From positions 64,001-128,000 of the forward strand of contig CAVZQN010000001.1 of the NCBI GenBank assembly GCA_963777505.1: a stretch of 64,000 bases of DNA, given 5' to 3'. The DNA is from an uncultured bacterium (GTDB taxonomy: Bacteria; Acidobacteriota; HRBIN11; JAKEFK01). Shown here piece by piece: positions 1 to 9,524 of the stretch. Below the pieces are notes generated by a model that was given only the letters and a program-made list of their open reading frames with translations, made no database searches and was not told the origin of the DNA. The stretch's first letter is position 1; the number at the start of each line of letters is the position of its first letter. Position numbers and translations under genes: made by a program.

Positions 1-667
1 ATGGATTAAGTCACACTATGATTGGGATTGGGCCGGAGCTGATGAATCATACAAGCGCGCAATGGAACTGGAACCGGGGAATGCGAATGTTGTCCGGCAT
101 GCTGCCGGTCTTGCGGCCACACTCGGGCGATTCGATGAAACGATCGCGCTGGATCGTCGCGCTGCTGATCTCGATCCGCTGAGTATTACCGTCCATTATT
201 ATGCCGGAATCCATGCATACTATGCGGGAAAGTTGAATGATGCAGAAGCCGCATTCAGGAAAGCTCTTGATTTGAATTCGGAATATCCAGCCGCCCGTGC
301 TTCACTCAGTATCGTTTACGTTTTGCAGTCGCAACCGGAGAAAGCTCTCACGGAACTCCAAAAGGAGCCAGAGCCTTTCTGGCGTCTCTACGGTCTGGCA
401 CTCGCGTATCATGCCGCCGGCAAAAAGAAGGAAGCCGATATGGCTTTAGCTGAGATGATCGAAAAACATCAGGACGTCGGAGCCATACAAATAGCGGAAG
501 TGCATTCGTATCGTGGCGAAATTGATCCGGCTTTTGAATGGCTGGAACGAGCCTACACCCAGCGTGATGGTGGTTTATCTGAAATCAAAGGCGATCCGTT
601 GTTGAAGAACTTGGAGCGCGATCCCCGCTGGACAGTATTTCTGAAAAAAATGAAACTGCCAATTTGA
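1..667 (+). CDS. TPR-repeat C-terminus of a TolB-like/TPR protein, probably a Ser/Thr kinase or cyclase fusion (5' end outside window)
   Basis: Frame is open from base 2 (WIKSHYDWDWAGADESYKRAMELEPG); ends ...KGDPLLKNLERDPRW, matching the C-terminus of the kinase at 51421-53814 (KVNPLVDDLRSDPRF). Confidence 0.8.
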   Translation, partial: WIKSHYDWDWAGADESYKRAMELEPGNANVVRHAAGLAATLGRFDETIALDRRAADLDPLSITVHYYAGIHAYYAGKLNDAEAAFRKALDLNSEYPAARASLSIVYVLQSQPEKALTELQKEPEPFWRLYGLALAYHAAGKKKEADMALAEMIEKHQDVGAIQIAEVHSYRGEIDPAFEWLERAYTQRDGGLSEIKGDPLLKNLERDPRWTVFLKKMKLPI

Positions 668-714
668 TTTTGGAATCCCGCAAACCTGTGCTCATCACAT
701 TTGGAAGCAACAGG

Positions 715-1266
715 TTATTGTTGTTCTGGAATGTACAGGTAACTTGTCCAGAATTCCAGAGTACGCTGTAAACAAACGCGCAACTCTTCTGCGTTGACAG
801 TTGTATAAGGGTGGTTCGTTAAAGAAGAGCATGGACCGCCTGCAGCAGGCATCATCACTCCGCTTGCATCCGTTAACACTGGAATATTGCATGAGACACT
901 TACAGAATCCAATTGGCGTGATGCAAATTGACCGGCCCACTCAGGAGTTCTTCCGGCTTCAATCGCTTGAACCCAGCGTGAAACGTAGGAAGCGGAACCT
1001 TTCACGATTGCCTTCTGGCAGGTTACCTGTTGTTCCGGAAAAACATTCTCCCTTAACGCAAGTAAGTTAGCATTTGAAAGTTGCACAACGTGAGTTGCTA
1101 AACGCAAATTCACCTGTCGATTGTGGCTAGAAGTATTTTGGTACTGCACTGCTTCGCGAAATTGATCGCGAATTGAGGAACGTGGCAGAAAGAGGTCCGC
1201 CGTAGCAGCTGTCGCTGCCAGGAGAACAATCATTGCAACGAGGAACAGCTTAAATTGAGGACGCAT
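715..1266 (-). CDS. Hypothetical secreted protein
   Basis: 183 aa ORF, Sec-type signal (MRPQFKLFLVAMIVLLAATAATA), GGAGG RBS, four Cys. Confidence 0.6.
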   Translation of the reverse strand: MRPQFKLFLVAMIVLLAATAATADLFLPRSSIRDQFREAVQYQNTSSHNRQVNLRLATHVVQLSNANLLALRENVFPEQQVTCQKAIVKGSASYVSRWVQAIEAGRTPEWAGQFASRQLDSVSVSCNIPVLTDASGVMMPAAGGPCSSLTNHPYTTVNAEELRVCLQRTLEFWTSYLYIPEQQ

Positions 1267-1330
1267 CCATCCTCCAGTCTCTGAAACAATTTATAACACT
1301 TCATTGAATTTACTTCAATGAATTTGACCT

Positions 1331-1357
1331 AAAATCGGGCGGCCAAAAGGGCCGCCC
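1331..1357 (-). terminator. Rho-independent terminator of the 1375-1662 gene
   Basis: GGGCGGCC/GGCCGCCC stem followed by TTTT on the minus strand. Confidence 0.65.
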
Positions 1358-1374
1358 CCCACATTCAAATATAA

Positions 1375-1662
1375 TTACGCGGCAAGCCTTTGTGGATCAT
1401 AGCCAAGGTTTGCAACAGTCAAAGCTGCTGCTTCTTCGCCCATTCCCGCGCGAACAAGCGCAAGTCTTAACAGATCCATTTCATAGGGTCCTGCAAACTC
1501 CACTGGAGTTTTCACATATGTAAGCGAACATCCTTTTTCAACACAAGTCGGTTCATTCTTCATTTCAGAATTAACGATATTCGGTTGCCCAGAGTTATTC
1601 CAGTAAAGCGTGCTGTAGCACCGATCACAGTACGAAATTATGTTTTGGAATTCTTTTGTCAT
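1375..1662 (-). CDS. Small hypothetical protein with CxxC...Cx4C (possible metal-binding)
   Basis: 95 aa ORF with GAGGA RBS, own promoter and terminator; CDRC and CVEKGC motifs. Confidence 0.65.
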   Translation of the reverse strand: MTKEFQNIISYCDRCYSTLYWNNSGQPNIVNSEMKNEPTCVEKGCSLTYVKTPVEFAGPYEMDLLRLALVRAGMGEEAAALTVANLGYDPQRLAA

Positions 1663-1689
1663 CTCTTTTTCCTCTCGAGCCTTGAGTAA

Positions 1690-1705
1690 AGCAAGGCGCG
1701 TGCCA
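1690..1705 (-). promoter_or_regulatory. Sigma54 (-24/-12) promoter
   Basis: Minus strand reads TGGCACGCGCCTTGCT, exact TGGCAC-N5-TTGC consensus, 27 nt before the 1662 ATG. Confidence 0.75.
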
Positions 1706-1761
1706 ATAGCTTATTCTCGAGAACCCTGGCAAAGAAGACCACTTTTTAGGACGTTTTAAGA

Positions 1762-2191
1762 TCAGACTTTATAGAGGTGATAAAGCATCAGGTAGATGAT
1801 GACACCTGTAATGGAAACATACAGCCAGATCGGAAGTGTCCATTTTGCGATTCTGCGGTGTTGCTCCCATTTTTGTTTCAACGCAAATCTTAGCGTAATG
1901 ATGGCGAGAAAAGGCACCAAGCGCTGCCAAAATTGTATGCGTCAACAGAATTGATAGGTAGACCGTTCGAACGATAGGGATATCAGGAAATCTGGTCATT
2001 CCTGGATGCGCGGCATGGTACGTAAGATACGATATCAGGAATAAAACTGAAGTTATAAAAGCGGCAATCATGCAGATGCGATGGAGAGCTACGTTTTTGC
2101 GGCGGATCATCAAATAACCAGTCACCAAAAACATTGCTGAAAGCGAATTCAGAATAGCATTCAATGTCGGAAGCGAAGAAATCGGAATCAC
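1762..2191 (-). CDS. DUF420 family membrane protein (one-base frameshift near 1920)
   Basis: LPTLNAILNSLSA...HRICM N-terminus; removing one base gives LVPFLAIITLRFALKQKWEQHRRIAKWTLPIWLYVSITGVIIYLMLY, the typical DUF420 C-terminus; last gene of cox operon. Confidence 0.85.
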
Positions 2192-2793
2192 ACAGCTTCC
2201 TTTTGCAGCGCAACAATTGCACGCAGAAGTCCCTTTTTTCCTTCCTCAGTTCCGCTTTCAAAATAACCGCGGATTCTTCCTTTGCGATCAATGAGAACAA
2301 ACTTATCGCTGTGCAGAATCGGAGTTTCCTTCCCTGCTTTATCAACACCCAGATGAAACCCTTTGATGGCTAACGCATGAATGAAGTCTTCTTTGCCTGT
2401 CAAAAATAACCACCGATTCTTATCGGCTCCATACTGGTCAGCGTAGGTACTGAGCACTTCGGGAGTATCCCTGGATGGATCAACTGAAAATGAAACAAGC
2501 CGGATGCCGTGCCGTTCAGCGGTCTCCTGGAGGTTCTTCATACGCAGTGACATGACTGGACACACATCAGCACAATGCGTGAAGATAAAATCGGCAACCC
2601 AAACTTGACCTTTCAGATCTGAAAGCGCAACTTGCTTCCCGCTGCGTTCAGTCAACTTGAAATAAGGGACCGAATCATAAACTGGAAGTCCGGAACCTCG
2701 CATCGCACGTTTAAAGAAAACGTAATACGATCCCAGACTAATAATGCCTGCCAGGAACACGATTAAGAAGAACCAGATCTGCTTCTCTTTCAC
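2188..2793 (-). CDS. SCO1/SenC family copper chaperone
   Basis: N-terminal TM anchor, FIFTHCADVCP (CxxxC), SVDPSRDTPE, distal His (HSDKFVLID). Confidence 0.93.
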   Translation of the reverse strand: MKEKQIWFFLIVFLAGIISLGSYYVFFKRAMRGSGLPVYDSVPYFKLTERSGKQVALSDLKGQVWVADFIFTHCADVCPVMSLRMKNLQETAERHGIRLVSFSVDPSRDTPEVLSTYADQYGADKNRWLFLTGKEDFIHALAIKGFHLGVDKAGKETPILHSDKFVLIDRKGRIRGYFESGTEEGKKGLLRAIVALQKEAV

Positions 2794-2826
2794 TTTCTTT
2801 GCGTCTTTGCGGTTACGTCTTTGCGG

Positions 2827-3711
2827 TTACAGAGTTTGATCCAAAACAAGCAAACTCAATAATAGAGGCAAATACAAAACTGAGGCTAATAGAAGTTGAC
2901 GCGCTGATAGGCTCGATTTTGTTTGAGATAGCCGAATTCCCATTATTAGAAAAAGAATTCCGAGTACAAGGGCCCCCACGAGATAAATTTTGCTTGATAA
3001 TCCAACGAAGGACGGAAGGACGCTAACAACAACAAGAGCGATTGTGTTGATAATGACTTGCCGGCTTGTCTGGATACAATCAGTATCCGTCACAGGAAGC
3101 ATCGGAAATCCTCCGCGAGCATAGTCTTCGCGATACAGCCAACCAATTGCAAGAAAATGTGGAAGCTGCCAGAGAAATAGGATGCAGAAAAGCCACCATG
3201 CTTGAAATCCGATGGAGCCTTGAACAGCAGTCCATCCCATCATCGGTGGTATGGCTCCAGGAATCGCTCCCACTACAGTGCACAACGACGTCTTCTTTTT
3301 TAAAGGAGTATAGGCGAATAAATAAAGAACGATTGTTATTGCTGCCAACGCGCTTGTTAAAGGATTCACAAAAATAACAAGATACAAGAGACCCATTGCG
3401 GAAAGGATCGCTCCAAAAGAGAGCGCCTGTAGACCGCTAAGACGGCCTGATGGGATCGGACGATTTTCTGTCCGCTTCATCCTTGCATCGGCATCGGATT
3501 CCAAAACCATATTCAGTGCACTTGCACCCGCTGCAACCATTGCTGTTCCCAACATTGTGTGAAACAGCAATCCATATTCGATCGGTCCTGCGGAGGCGAG
3601 CAGAAAGCCAATAAAAGTTGTCACGATTACAAGGAAAGTAATCCGAGGTTTTGTGAGCTGGACATAATCCATCACCGAAAAAAACCGTGCTGAGGCCGCG
3701 GCAGTCTTCAT
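2827..3711 (-). CDS. ctaB: Protoheme IX farnesyltransferase (heme O synthase)
   Basis: LTKPRI, DARMKRTENRPIPSGR, YTPLKK, LWQLPHF, REDYARGGFPMLPV motifs. Confidence 0.95.
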   Translation of the reverse strand: MKTAAASARFFSVMDYVQLTKPRITFLVIVTTFIGFLLASAGPIEYGLLFHTMLGTAMVAAGASALNMVLESDADARMKRTENRPIPSGRLSGLQALSFGAILSAMGLLYLVIFVNPLTSALAAITIVLYLFAYTPLKKKTSLCTVVGAIPGAIPPMMGWTAVQGSIGFQAWWLFCILFLWQLPHFLAIGWLYREDYARGGFPMLPVTDTDCIQTSRQVIINTIALVVVSVLPSFVGLSSKIYLVGALVLGILFLIMGIRLSQTKSSLSARQLLLASVLYLPLLLSLLVLDQTL

Positions 3712-4649
3712 GACGTTTTATATTCCTGAAGAATCCGAGCTGGGGCAGCATCCTGCGCGGTCCGGGAGACTTCTAAATAGCGATAAGCCCGCAAACATAG
3801 TACTACACTTGTAGCAAGGATTAACGCGCCAACCGCGACGTGAGCTGTTGCGATTGGAACGGCTGTTTGCGACAAAACTGTCCAGCCGCCTACCACAATT
3901 TGGATGAGTACGAGCGCCATCAAGAAAATCGCAGGCCTTACAAAATGTTTTGAACTACGATAACTTTTAAAAACACGCCACACTGTGTGAATGCTCCAGA
4001 TCAGTACCGCAAGAGCTCCAAGGCGATGGATGAATTGAATCATAACTTGAGGTGAAAAAAATAACGGAATCAAGCGTCCTTGAGCCAACGGGAAGTCTGG
4101 AATCGCCAAAGCGGATCCGCTGTGACGAACAAGTGCCCCAAGAATTAATTGAATGTAAACGAGCGCAGCCATAATCAAAAAGGTTCGTCTGTGAGCTGCA
4201 GGCGCAGAAATTTGCTTTGGTGAAGTTTTCCATTCATTCGAGGTGAAAAAGGCAAGACAAACTACCAGAGTGAAAAAGGATTGAGCCAGCGTTGCATGAG
4301 CGATTGAAATGGGCATCGGTAAAAAGTACAGAACTGTAATTCCGCCCAAAATTCCCTGAGTGATCACGGCTCCCAGTGCAATGAATCCGAGAACCTTCAC
4401 CCATTTTCTCTTTTCCTTCAACGCAAGCCAGATAGCAAAGATGACGGTTAGCATTCCAACAAATGATGCGACCATTCTGTGCCCATGTTCAAACAGAACG
4501 CCGCCAACCATGGGTGGCATCCACATGCCATAAGACTTTGGCCAATCAGGAACAGCGAGTCCGGAATCCGTGCTGGTGACAAGTCCCCCTGCAATGATCA
4601 GCAAGAATGTTGAAAATACTAAAAACCAATTAAAACGGTTTAACCACAT
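3708..4649 (-). CDS. ctaA: Heme A synthase (COX15/CtaA family)
   Basis: GGLVTSTDSGLAVPDWP, FEHGHR, QGILGG, GALVRH, IHRLGA motifs; start reassigned to ATG 4649 because the longer ORF overlaps the upstream gene. Confidence 0.9.
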   Translation of the reverse strand: MWLNRFNWFLVFSTFLLIIAGGLVTSTDSGLAVPDWPKSYGMWMPPMVGGVLFEHGHRMVASFVGMLTVIFAIWLALKEKRKWVKVLGFIALGAVITQGILGGITVLYFLPMPISIAHATLAQSFFTLVVCLAFFTSNEWKTSPKQISAPAAHRRTFLIMAALVYIQLILGALVRHSGSALAIPDFPLAQGRLIPLFFSPQVMIQFIHRLGALAVLIWSIHTVWRVFKSYRSSKHFVRPAIFLMALVLIQIVVGGWTVLSQTAVPIATAHVAVGALILATSVVLCLRAYRYLEVSRTAQDAAPARILQEYKTS

Positions 4650-4657
4650 GAATGAAT

Positions 4658-4906
4658 TCACTGAGGAAGGTTTTCGCCACGGAGGATTGATTGAACCTGG
4701 ACCCGTTTTGCACGTCGTGACCAAAATATCGCAACCGCAAAGATCCCGCCCAACACAACCACTAAGACTCCCAGCATGAATGCTACTCCAGCCTTGGCTC
4801 CCAGTGTCAGCGGCGAACTCGGATCCCCAAAACAAACTGCACAGGCTTGTGCAAATCCGGGACTCGATAAAACAAATGCGGTAATCGCAATCAGAAATCG
4901 TTTCAT
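4658..4906 (-). CDS. Small exported membrane-anchored CxxC protein in the cox operon
   Basis: Signal peptide ending AQA, mature N-terminus CAVCFGDP, C-terminal TM helix; ATG overlaps stop of upstream gene. Confidence 0.75.
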   Translation of the reverse strand: MKRFLIAITAFVLSSPGFAQACAVCFGDPSSPLTLGAKAGVAFMLGVLVVVLGGIFAVAIFWSRRAKRVQVQSILRGENLPQ

Positions 4907-5109
4907 AAATAACTCTCGTTTTTTAACTTCCGTAAAAACCATCGGAAATACCAGATTAACAAGATAACGCTGATAAGCGAGCCGATTGCCATCAACAAAT
5001 AGCTTGTCATTCCGGTATGCAAATAACTGCGCAATCCCCAGTACCCAAACCAGAGTGTAAAAAGCGTCGCGACAACGATAAAAAAAACATGAAATGCTTT
5101 TAACGACAT
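4903..5109 (-). CDS. Small two-TM membrane protein in the cox operon
   Basis: 68 aa, two hydrophobic helices, MSLKAFHVFFI start, tight operon spacing. Confidence 0.7.
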   Translation of the reverse strand: MSLKAFHVFFIVVATLFTLWFGYWGLRSYLHTGMTSYLLMAIGSLISVILLIWYFRWFLRKLKNESYL

Positions 5110-5119
5110 CTTAATGCTC

Positions 5120-5410
5120 TTACATGGGCGAAGTTGCTACAGGAGCCCAAAGCAACACTGCAAAAAACAACACACAGATCAAAAGGATGTAGTAAATTAC
5201 CTTCCTTTCAGAAATCAGATGCATGAAATAGCACGCAACAAGCGAACCTTTTACGGTTGCTACGACCAACGCAAAAAGGATCGCCCAGTGAGTCGGAAGG
5301 TGCAAATAAGAGATTCCTACTGTAACAATCGTTAAAACAGCAAGTGCCGCGAAAACAAGTAAATAAACTCTTACGTGTTTCTTAATATCTTCCGCACTTT
5401 CACCACTCAT
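5120..5410 (-). CDS. Cytochrome c oxidase subunit IV
   Basis: YLLVFAALAVLT...VKGSLVACYFMHL motif; AGGAG RBS before ATG 5410. Confidence 0.88.
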   Translation of the reverse strand: MSGESAEDIKKHVRVYLLVFAALAVLTIVTVGISYLHLPTHWAILFALVVATVKGSLVACYFMHLISERKVIYYILLICVLFFAVLLWAPVATSPM

Positions 5411-5418
5411 GCTCTCTC

Positions 5419-6012
5419 CTATAAAAGATATAGAATTGGGAACAAGAAAATCCAAACGAGATCAACAAAATGCCAGTACAATCCAGAAAATTCTACTCGA
5501 TTTGCCAGACGATCCGGATCTTTTTTCAACGCTCTTTTTCCGGTCAACAGAAGATAAGCGTTGACTATGATTCCACCAATTACGTGTAATCCGTGTAATC
5601 CGGTCATCGTAAAATACGTTGCAAAAAACATATTCGTGCGCGGATAGTGTCCATGATGAAACTTGGCAGTGTATTCGAAATACTTTACAACTAAAAATAC
5701 AAATGCCAGCACAATGGTCGCAGCCAGGTAGAGTTGGAATTTCCCGAACTGATTCATTTTTAATGAAGCCCAGGACATAACCATCGTTACGCTGGATGTA
5801 ATCAGAACGAAAGTATTCAAAGTTGCAAGTGGAATACTCAGTCCTTGATCAACGCCATGCGGCCAATGATCAGCGCCAACACGAAGCAAAATTAACGCTG
5901 AAAAAAGAGCGCCAAATAACATGACTTCCGATGCAAGAAATAGCCAAATCCCGAGTTTGCCATTCGGGATGCCGGTTATTGGATGCGGATGAACTGCATA
6001 TGGAATTTCCAT
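5419..6012 (-). CDS. ctaE: Cytochrome c oxidase subunit III
   Basis: [39 protein letters not shown]. Confidence 0.95.
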   Translation of the reverse strand: MEIPYAVHPHPITGIPNGKLGIWLFLASEVMLFGALFSALILLRVGADHWPHGVDQGLSIPLATLNTFVLITSSVTMVMSWASLKMNQFGKFQLYLAATIVLAFVFLVVKYFEYTAKFHHGHYPRTNMFFATYFTMTGLHGLHVIGGIIVNAYLLLTGKRALKKDPDRLANRVEFSGLYWHFVDLVWIFLFPILYLL

Positions 6013-7794
6013 TTATTCCCCCTTATCCTTCTTGCTGTCATCATCTTTTTCAAACTGCGGTGAATAATCTTTGGGTTTATCCGGAACACTGTATTCATAG
6101 GGTCCGCGATAGACTTCCGGAGGAGTTGGAAAATTTCCATGCGGTGGTGGAGTCGGAGTAGCCCATTCGAGAGTTGTGCTTTGCCAGGGATTATCCGATT
6201 CAACTCTTCGTCCTTTCCAGATGCTGTAGAAGAAATTAAAGATAAATGGAAGTTGAGACAGAGCTAAAAGCCATGCTGACCATGATGTATAAACACTCAA
6301 GCCCTGTACAGCTTTGCCATGTTCGTAAATAGTTTGATCGTACAATCTTCGAGATAGTCCGGCCATTCCTTGAAACAGCATTGGGAAGAATACGCCGTTC
6401 ATGAAAATGAAAGACAGGAAGAAATGGATTTTACCCAGACCTGCATTCATTTGCCGTCCGGTCACTTTTGGATACCAGTAGTAGATTCCGGCAAATAAAG
6501 CGAAGATGGTTCCCGGTGCAACTACATAATGAAAGTGTCCGATGACATACCATGTATCATGCAAGTGAATGTCGGAAGTTGTTAAACCTAACGGCAAGCC
6601 TGTCAATCCACCGATTGCAAACATTGGAAGAAATCCAAGCGCAAAAAGCATCGGCGTGTTATAGCGGATAGATGCGCCCCATAAGCTCAGTAGAAGTCCG
6701 GTCAAGATGATGACCGATGGAATTGAAATGATCATCGTTGTCGTTTGAAAGAACGTACTCATCGTAGTTCCCATTCCAGTCATAAACATATGATGAGCCC
6801 AAACAACAAACGACATCACACCAAGAAAGATGATCGAATAGATCATCGTACGATAACCCCAGAGGGGTTTGCGTGTATTGTTTGCGATGACTTCAGCCAC
6901 GATTCCAAGTGCGGGAAGAATAAGAACGTAGACTTCAGGATGTGCAAGAAACCAGAATAGATGCTGCCATAACAATGGATTCCCGCCGCCGCTGATTTGC
7001 AACGGAGTACCGCTAACAACAAGTCCACTTGGCAAAAAGAAGCTTGTGCCGGCCACACGATCCATCAATTGGAATACAGCGGCTGCTTCCAGTGGAGGAA
7101 ATGCAAGAAGGAGCAGGAAAGATGTTACAAACTGTGCCCACACAAAAAATGGTAAACGGAAGAAAGAAAGTCCCTTTACGCGGAGCTGAATGATTGTAAC
7201 AAGAAAGTTCATTGAACCGAGCAATGAAGATGTGATCAGAAACACCATTGCTATCAACCACCAGGTTTGTCCTGGAGGAGCGATATCAGATAATGGCGGA
7301 TAGGAAGTCCATCCTGATTGTGCAGCGCCACCAGGAACGAAGAAGCTGTACAGCATCACAACGCCGCCTACAAAATAGACCCAGTAACTTGCCGCATTTA
7401 ATTTTGGGAACGCCATATCAGGCGCGCCAATTTGCAGCGGCATCACGTAGTTGCCAAAACCACCCACAGCTAATGGAACAATCCCAAGAAAGACCATGAT
7501 GGTCCCGTGCATTGCGCCAAGCTGATTGTAAAACTCAGGCAACATGATACCGCCGGGCATCCGTGTTTCACCCAACAAACCGCCCAACCATGCGAGGGGC
7601 TGATTCGGATACGCAAGCTGCCATCGCAGCAGCATAATCAGCGTGAAACCAAACAACAAAAATACGAGTGATGTGATCGTATATTGAATACCGATGACTT
7701 TGTGATCTACAGAAAAAATATATTTGCGGATAAAGCCCAACTCTTCATGATGATGAGCCTCCGCCGCATGACCATGATGAACGACTTCACTCAT
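6013..7794 (-). CDS. ctaD: Cytochrome c oxidase subunit I (A-family, HPEVY type)
   Basis: DHKVIG, MHGTIM, GWTSYPPL, FWFLAHPEVY, VWAHHM, HDTWYVIGHFHY ligands. Confidence 0.97.
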   Translation of the reverse strand: MSEVVHHGHAAEAHHHEELGFIRKYIFSVDHKVIGIQYTITSLVFLLFGFTLIMLLRWQLAYPNQPLAWLGGLLGETRMPGGIMLPEFYNQLGAMHGTIMVFLGIVPLAVGGFGNYVMPLQIGAPDMAFPKLNAASYWVYFVGGVVMLYSFFVPGGAAQSGWTSYPPLSDIAPPGQTWWLIAMVFLITSSLLGSMNFLVTIIQLRVKGLSFFRLPFFVWAQFVTSFLLLLAFPPLEAAAVFQLMDRVAGTSFFLPSGLVVSGTPLQISGGGNPLLWQHLFWFLAHPEVYVLILPALGIVAEVIANNTRKPLWGYRTMIYSIIFLGVMSFVVWAHHMFMTGMGTTMSTFFQTTTMIISIPSVIILTGLLLSLWGASIRYNTPMLFALGFLPMFAIGGLTGLPLGLTTSDIHLHDTWYVIGHFHYVVAPGTIFALFAGIYYWYPKVTGRQMNAGLGKIHFFLSFIFMNGVFFPMLFQGMAGLSRRLYDQTIYEHGKAVQGLSVYTSWSAWLLALSQLPFIFNFFYSIWKGRRVESDNPWQSTTLEWATPTPPPHGNFPTPPEVYRGPYEYSVPDKPKDYSPQFEKDDDSKKDKGE

Positions 7795-8555
7795 TGGCTC
7801 GCTCCTTGTAGCTCGGCTTCTCTTTCAGAAAACCATTTTTGATAATCTTCAGGCGTATCAATATATGCTGTGCCTTTCATTCGATAATGTCCAAGTCCAC
7901 ACAACTGTGCGCAAGAAATATCGAAAATCCCCGTTTGTGTTGCTTCAAACCAGATCGGAATTCTCATTCCAGGAACAGAATCTTGTTTTACTCTAAGAAC
8001 GTTAATCCAAAAACTATGAATCACGTCTTTCGAGGAAAGATCAACAATGATTGTTTTGTGTACAGGAAAGTGGAATTCATTCAATGATACGATGTCATCT
8101 TTTCCTTTTGGATCGGCTGGATCAAGACCGACTGAATTGCCTTGATTGTTGATAAATTTTGGATCTGTGGCGCCAAAAATGCCGTCCCTTCCGGGATAAT
8201 GAATGTTCCAGGCAAATTGTTCACCGATAATACGCACCCTTAAAGCGTCCGCAGTTTTGGGTACTTCTTTATATTTTGCCCAGGCCGGCATTGAGAGTCC
8301 AACCAGAAGAATAGCTTCAACAACAATGACTCCAATTTCGGCATATTTTGCGGGTTTGGCTTTAATTGGTTGATACTCAGCCTTATGTCCTTCACGCTGC
8401 CTGAACCTGACCATGCAATAAACAAAAAAGATACCCCATGCTACAAACATCGCAATCATAATCCAGTGAATGATTATGATTAGTTGATCGACTTGATAGC
8501 CATGAGTAGAAAAATCAGGGGGCAACGGGAGCCATTCATATTTTGATTGTTCCAT
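7791..8555 (-). CDS. ctaC: Cytochrome c oxidase subunit II (CuA, no cytochrome c domain)
   Basis: Two TM helices, QFAW, DVIHSFW, CAQLCGLGHYRM CuA motif; no CxxCH. Confidence 0.95.
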   Translation of the reverse strand: MEQSKYEWLPLPPDFSTHGYQVDQLIIIIHWIMIAMFVAWGIFFVYCMVRFRQREGHKAEYQPIKAKPAKYAEIGVIVVEAILLVGLSMPAWAKYKEVPKTADALRVRIIGEQFAWNIHYPGRDGIFGATDPKFINNQGNSVGLDPADPKGKDDIVSLNEFHFPVHKTIIVDLSSKDVIHSFWINVLRVKQDSVPGMRIPIWFEATQTGIFDISCAQLCGLGHYRMKGTAYIDTPEDYQKWFSEREAELQGASQ

Positions 8556-8615
8556 TCCGCCTCCACCAACACCCTAAAGGAACGGCGCCCTCCTTTGCGG
8601 AGAGCGCCTACAATT

Positions 8616-9401
8616 TTACATTGCTTTGAATGTGAAATTCGCTTCTGCTGCCTGATTATCAGTAACTGTTATGCTTTGTGTCTGTGCTCCGAATTTTTCG
8701 TGCCAGGCTTCAATTGTATATGTCCCTGCTGGAAGGTTCTTTAACGTGTACGTGCCATCCGTACCTGAAACGCCATGAAATGGATGACTTAACACACCGA
8801 TGTAGGATTCCATCCAACGATGTACATCACATTTCACCGGAATCATGACTTCAGTCTTGGTGAATGTCTTGGTTGTTTCCATATTTTGAACTGGTTGAGC
8901 AAGATTGAATTGCTCGTTCAATTTCGGCTGTGGATGGATGTTATGCAGAGTCGGATCGCTATTCTTAATCTTCAGTGGTTGATTCACCATCATCCCGACA
9001 ACATGCGGACTATAGAGACAACCATGTTGATCTAAAACGACCGGTTCTGTTGGTGTAGGATACGACCATTTATCAGCGCCTTCCTTCACATAGACGAATA
9101 CATTTTGCAGAGTACCATCATCGTTAACAATAACACTCTGATCAAGAACTGCCTGTGTATGAGCTTTATTGCAAACGGGATCAGCGGTCATTTGAATCTT
9201 TACAAGATTTGGTTTTGCTCCATCAAAGGTAACTTTCCCGGCGATAGAAGCAGTCGCTTTTGAAGCGTCATAAGCATTACCGCCTGTAGGAGCTGCAGGT
9301 GCCGGCGTAGATGTTGATTCTTCTTTACTGCCGCCGCCGCACGCAATAACAAAAGAAAGCGCTAACAGCAAAGCGCAGTAAGAGAGTTTTCGAAGATGCA
9401 T
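8616..9401 (-). CDS. Lipoprotein with cupredoxin-like and carboxypeptidase-regulatory-like domains
   Basis: Lipobox VIAC, Pro/Ala linker, LHNIH...KCDVHRWM copper-ligand pattern, YTLKNLPAGTYTIEAWH beta-sandwich. Confidence 0.85.
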   Translation of the reverse strand: MHLRKLSYCALLLALSFVIACGGGSKEESTSTPAPAAPTGGNAYDASKATASIAGKVTFDGAKPNLVKIQMTADPVCNKAHTQAVLDQSVIVNDDGTLQNVFVYVKEGADKWSYPTPTEPVVLDQHGCLYSPHVVGMMVNQPLKIKNSDPTLHNIHPQPKLNEQFNLAQPVQNMETTKTFTKTEVMIPVKCDVHRWMESYIGVLSHPFHGVSGTDGTYTLKNLPAGTYTIEAWHEKFGAQTQSITVTDNQAAEANFTFKAM

Positions 9402-9480
9402 GTGATTTTATCCTCCGGATAGAATGTGCAATTCCTGCCTGTGGGGTTAATCAGTCGAATGAAACAGGCAGAGAAACAGA

Positions 9481-9509
9481 ATTATATTCCAGAACGGCTC
9501 TTACGCCAA
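9481..9509 (-). promoter_or_regulatory. Sigma70-type promoter of the cox operon
   Basis: TTGGCG-N17-TATAAT on the minus strand; the leader contains a CTGCCTGT/ACAGGCAG hairpin. Confidence 0.55.
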
Positions 9510-9524
9510 TACCGAACAATTACA

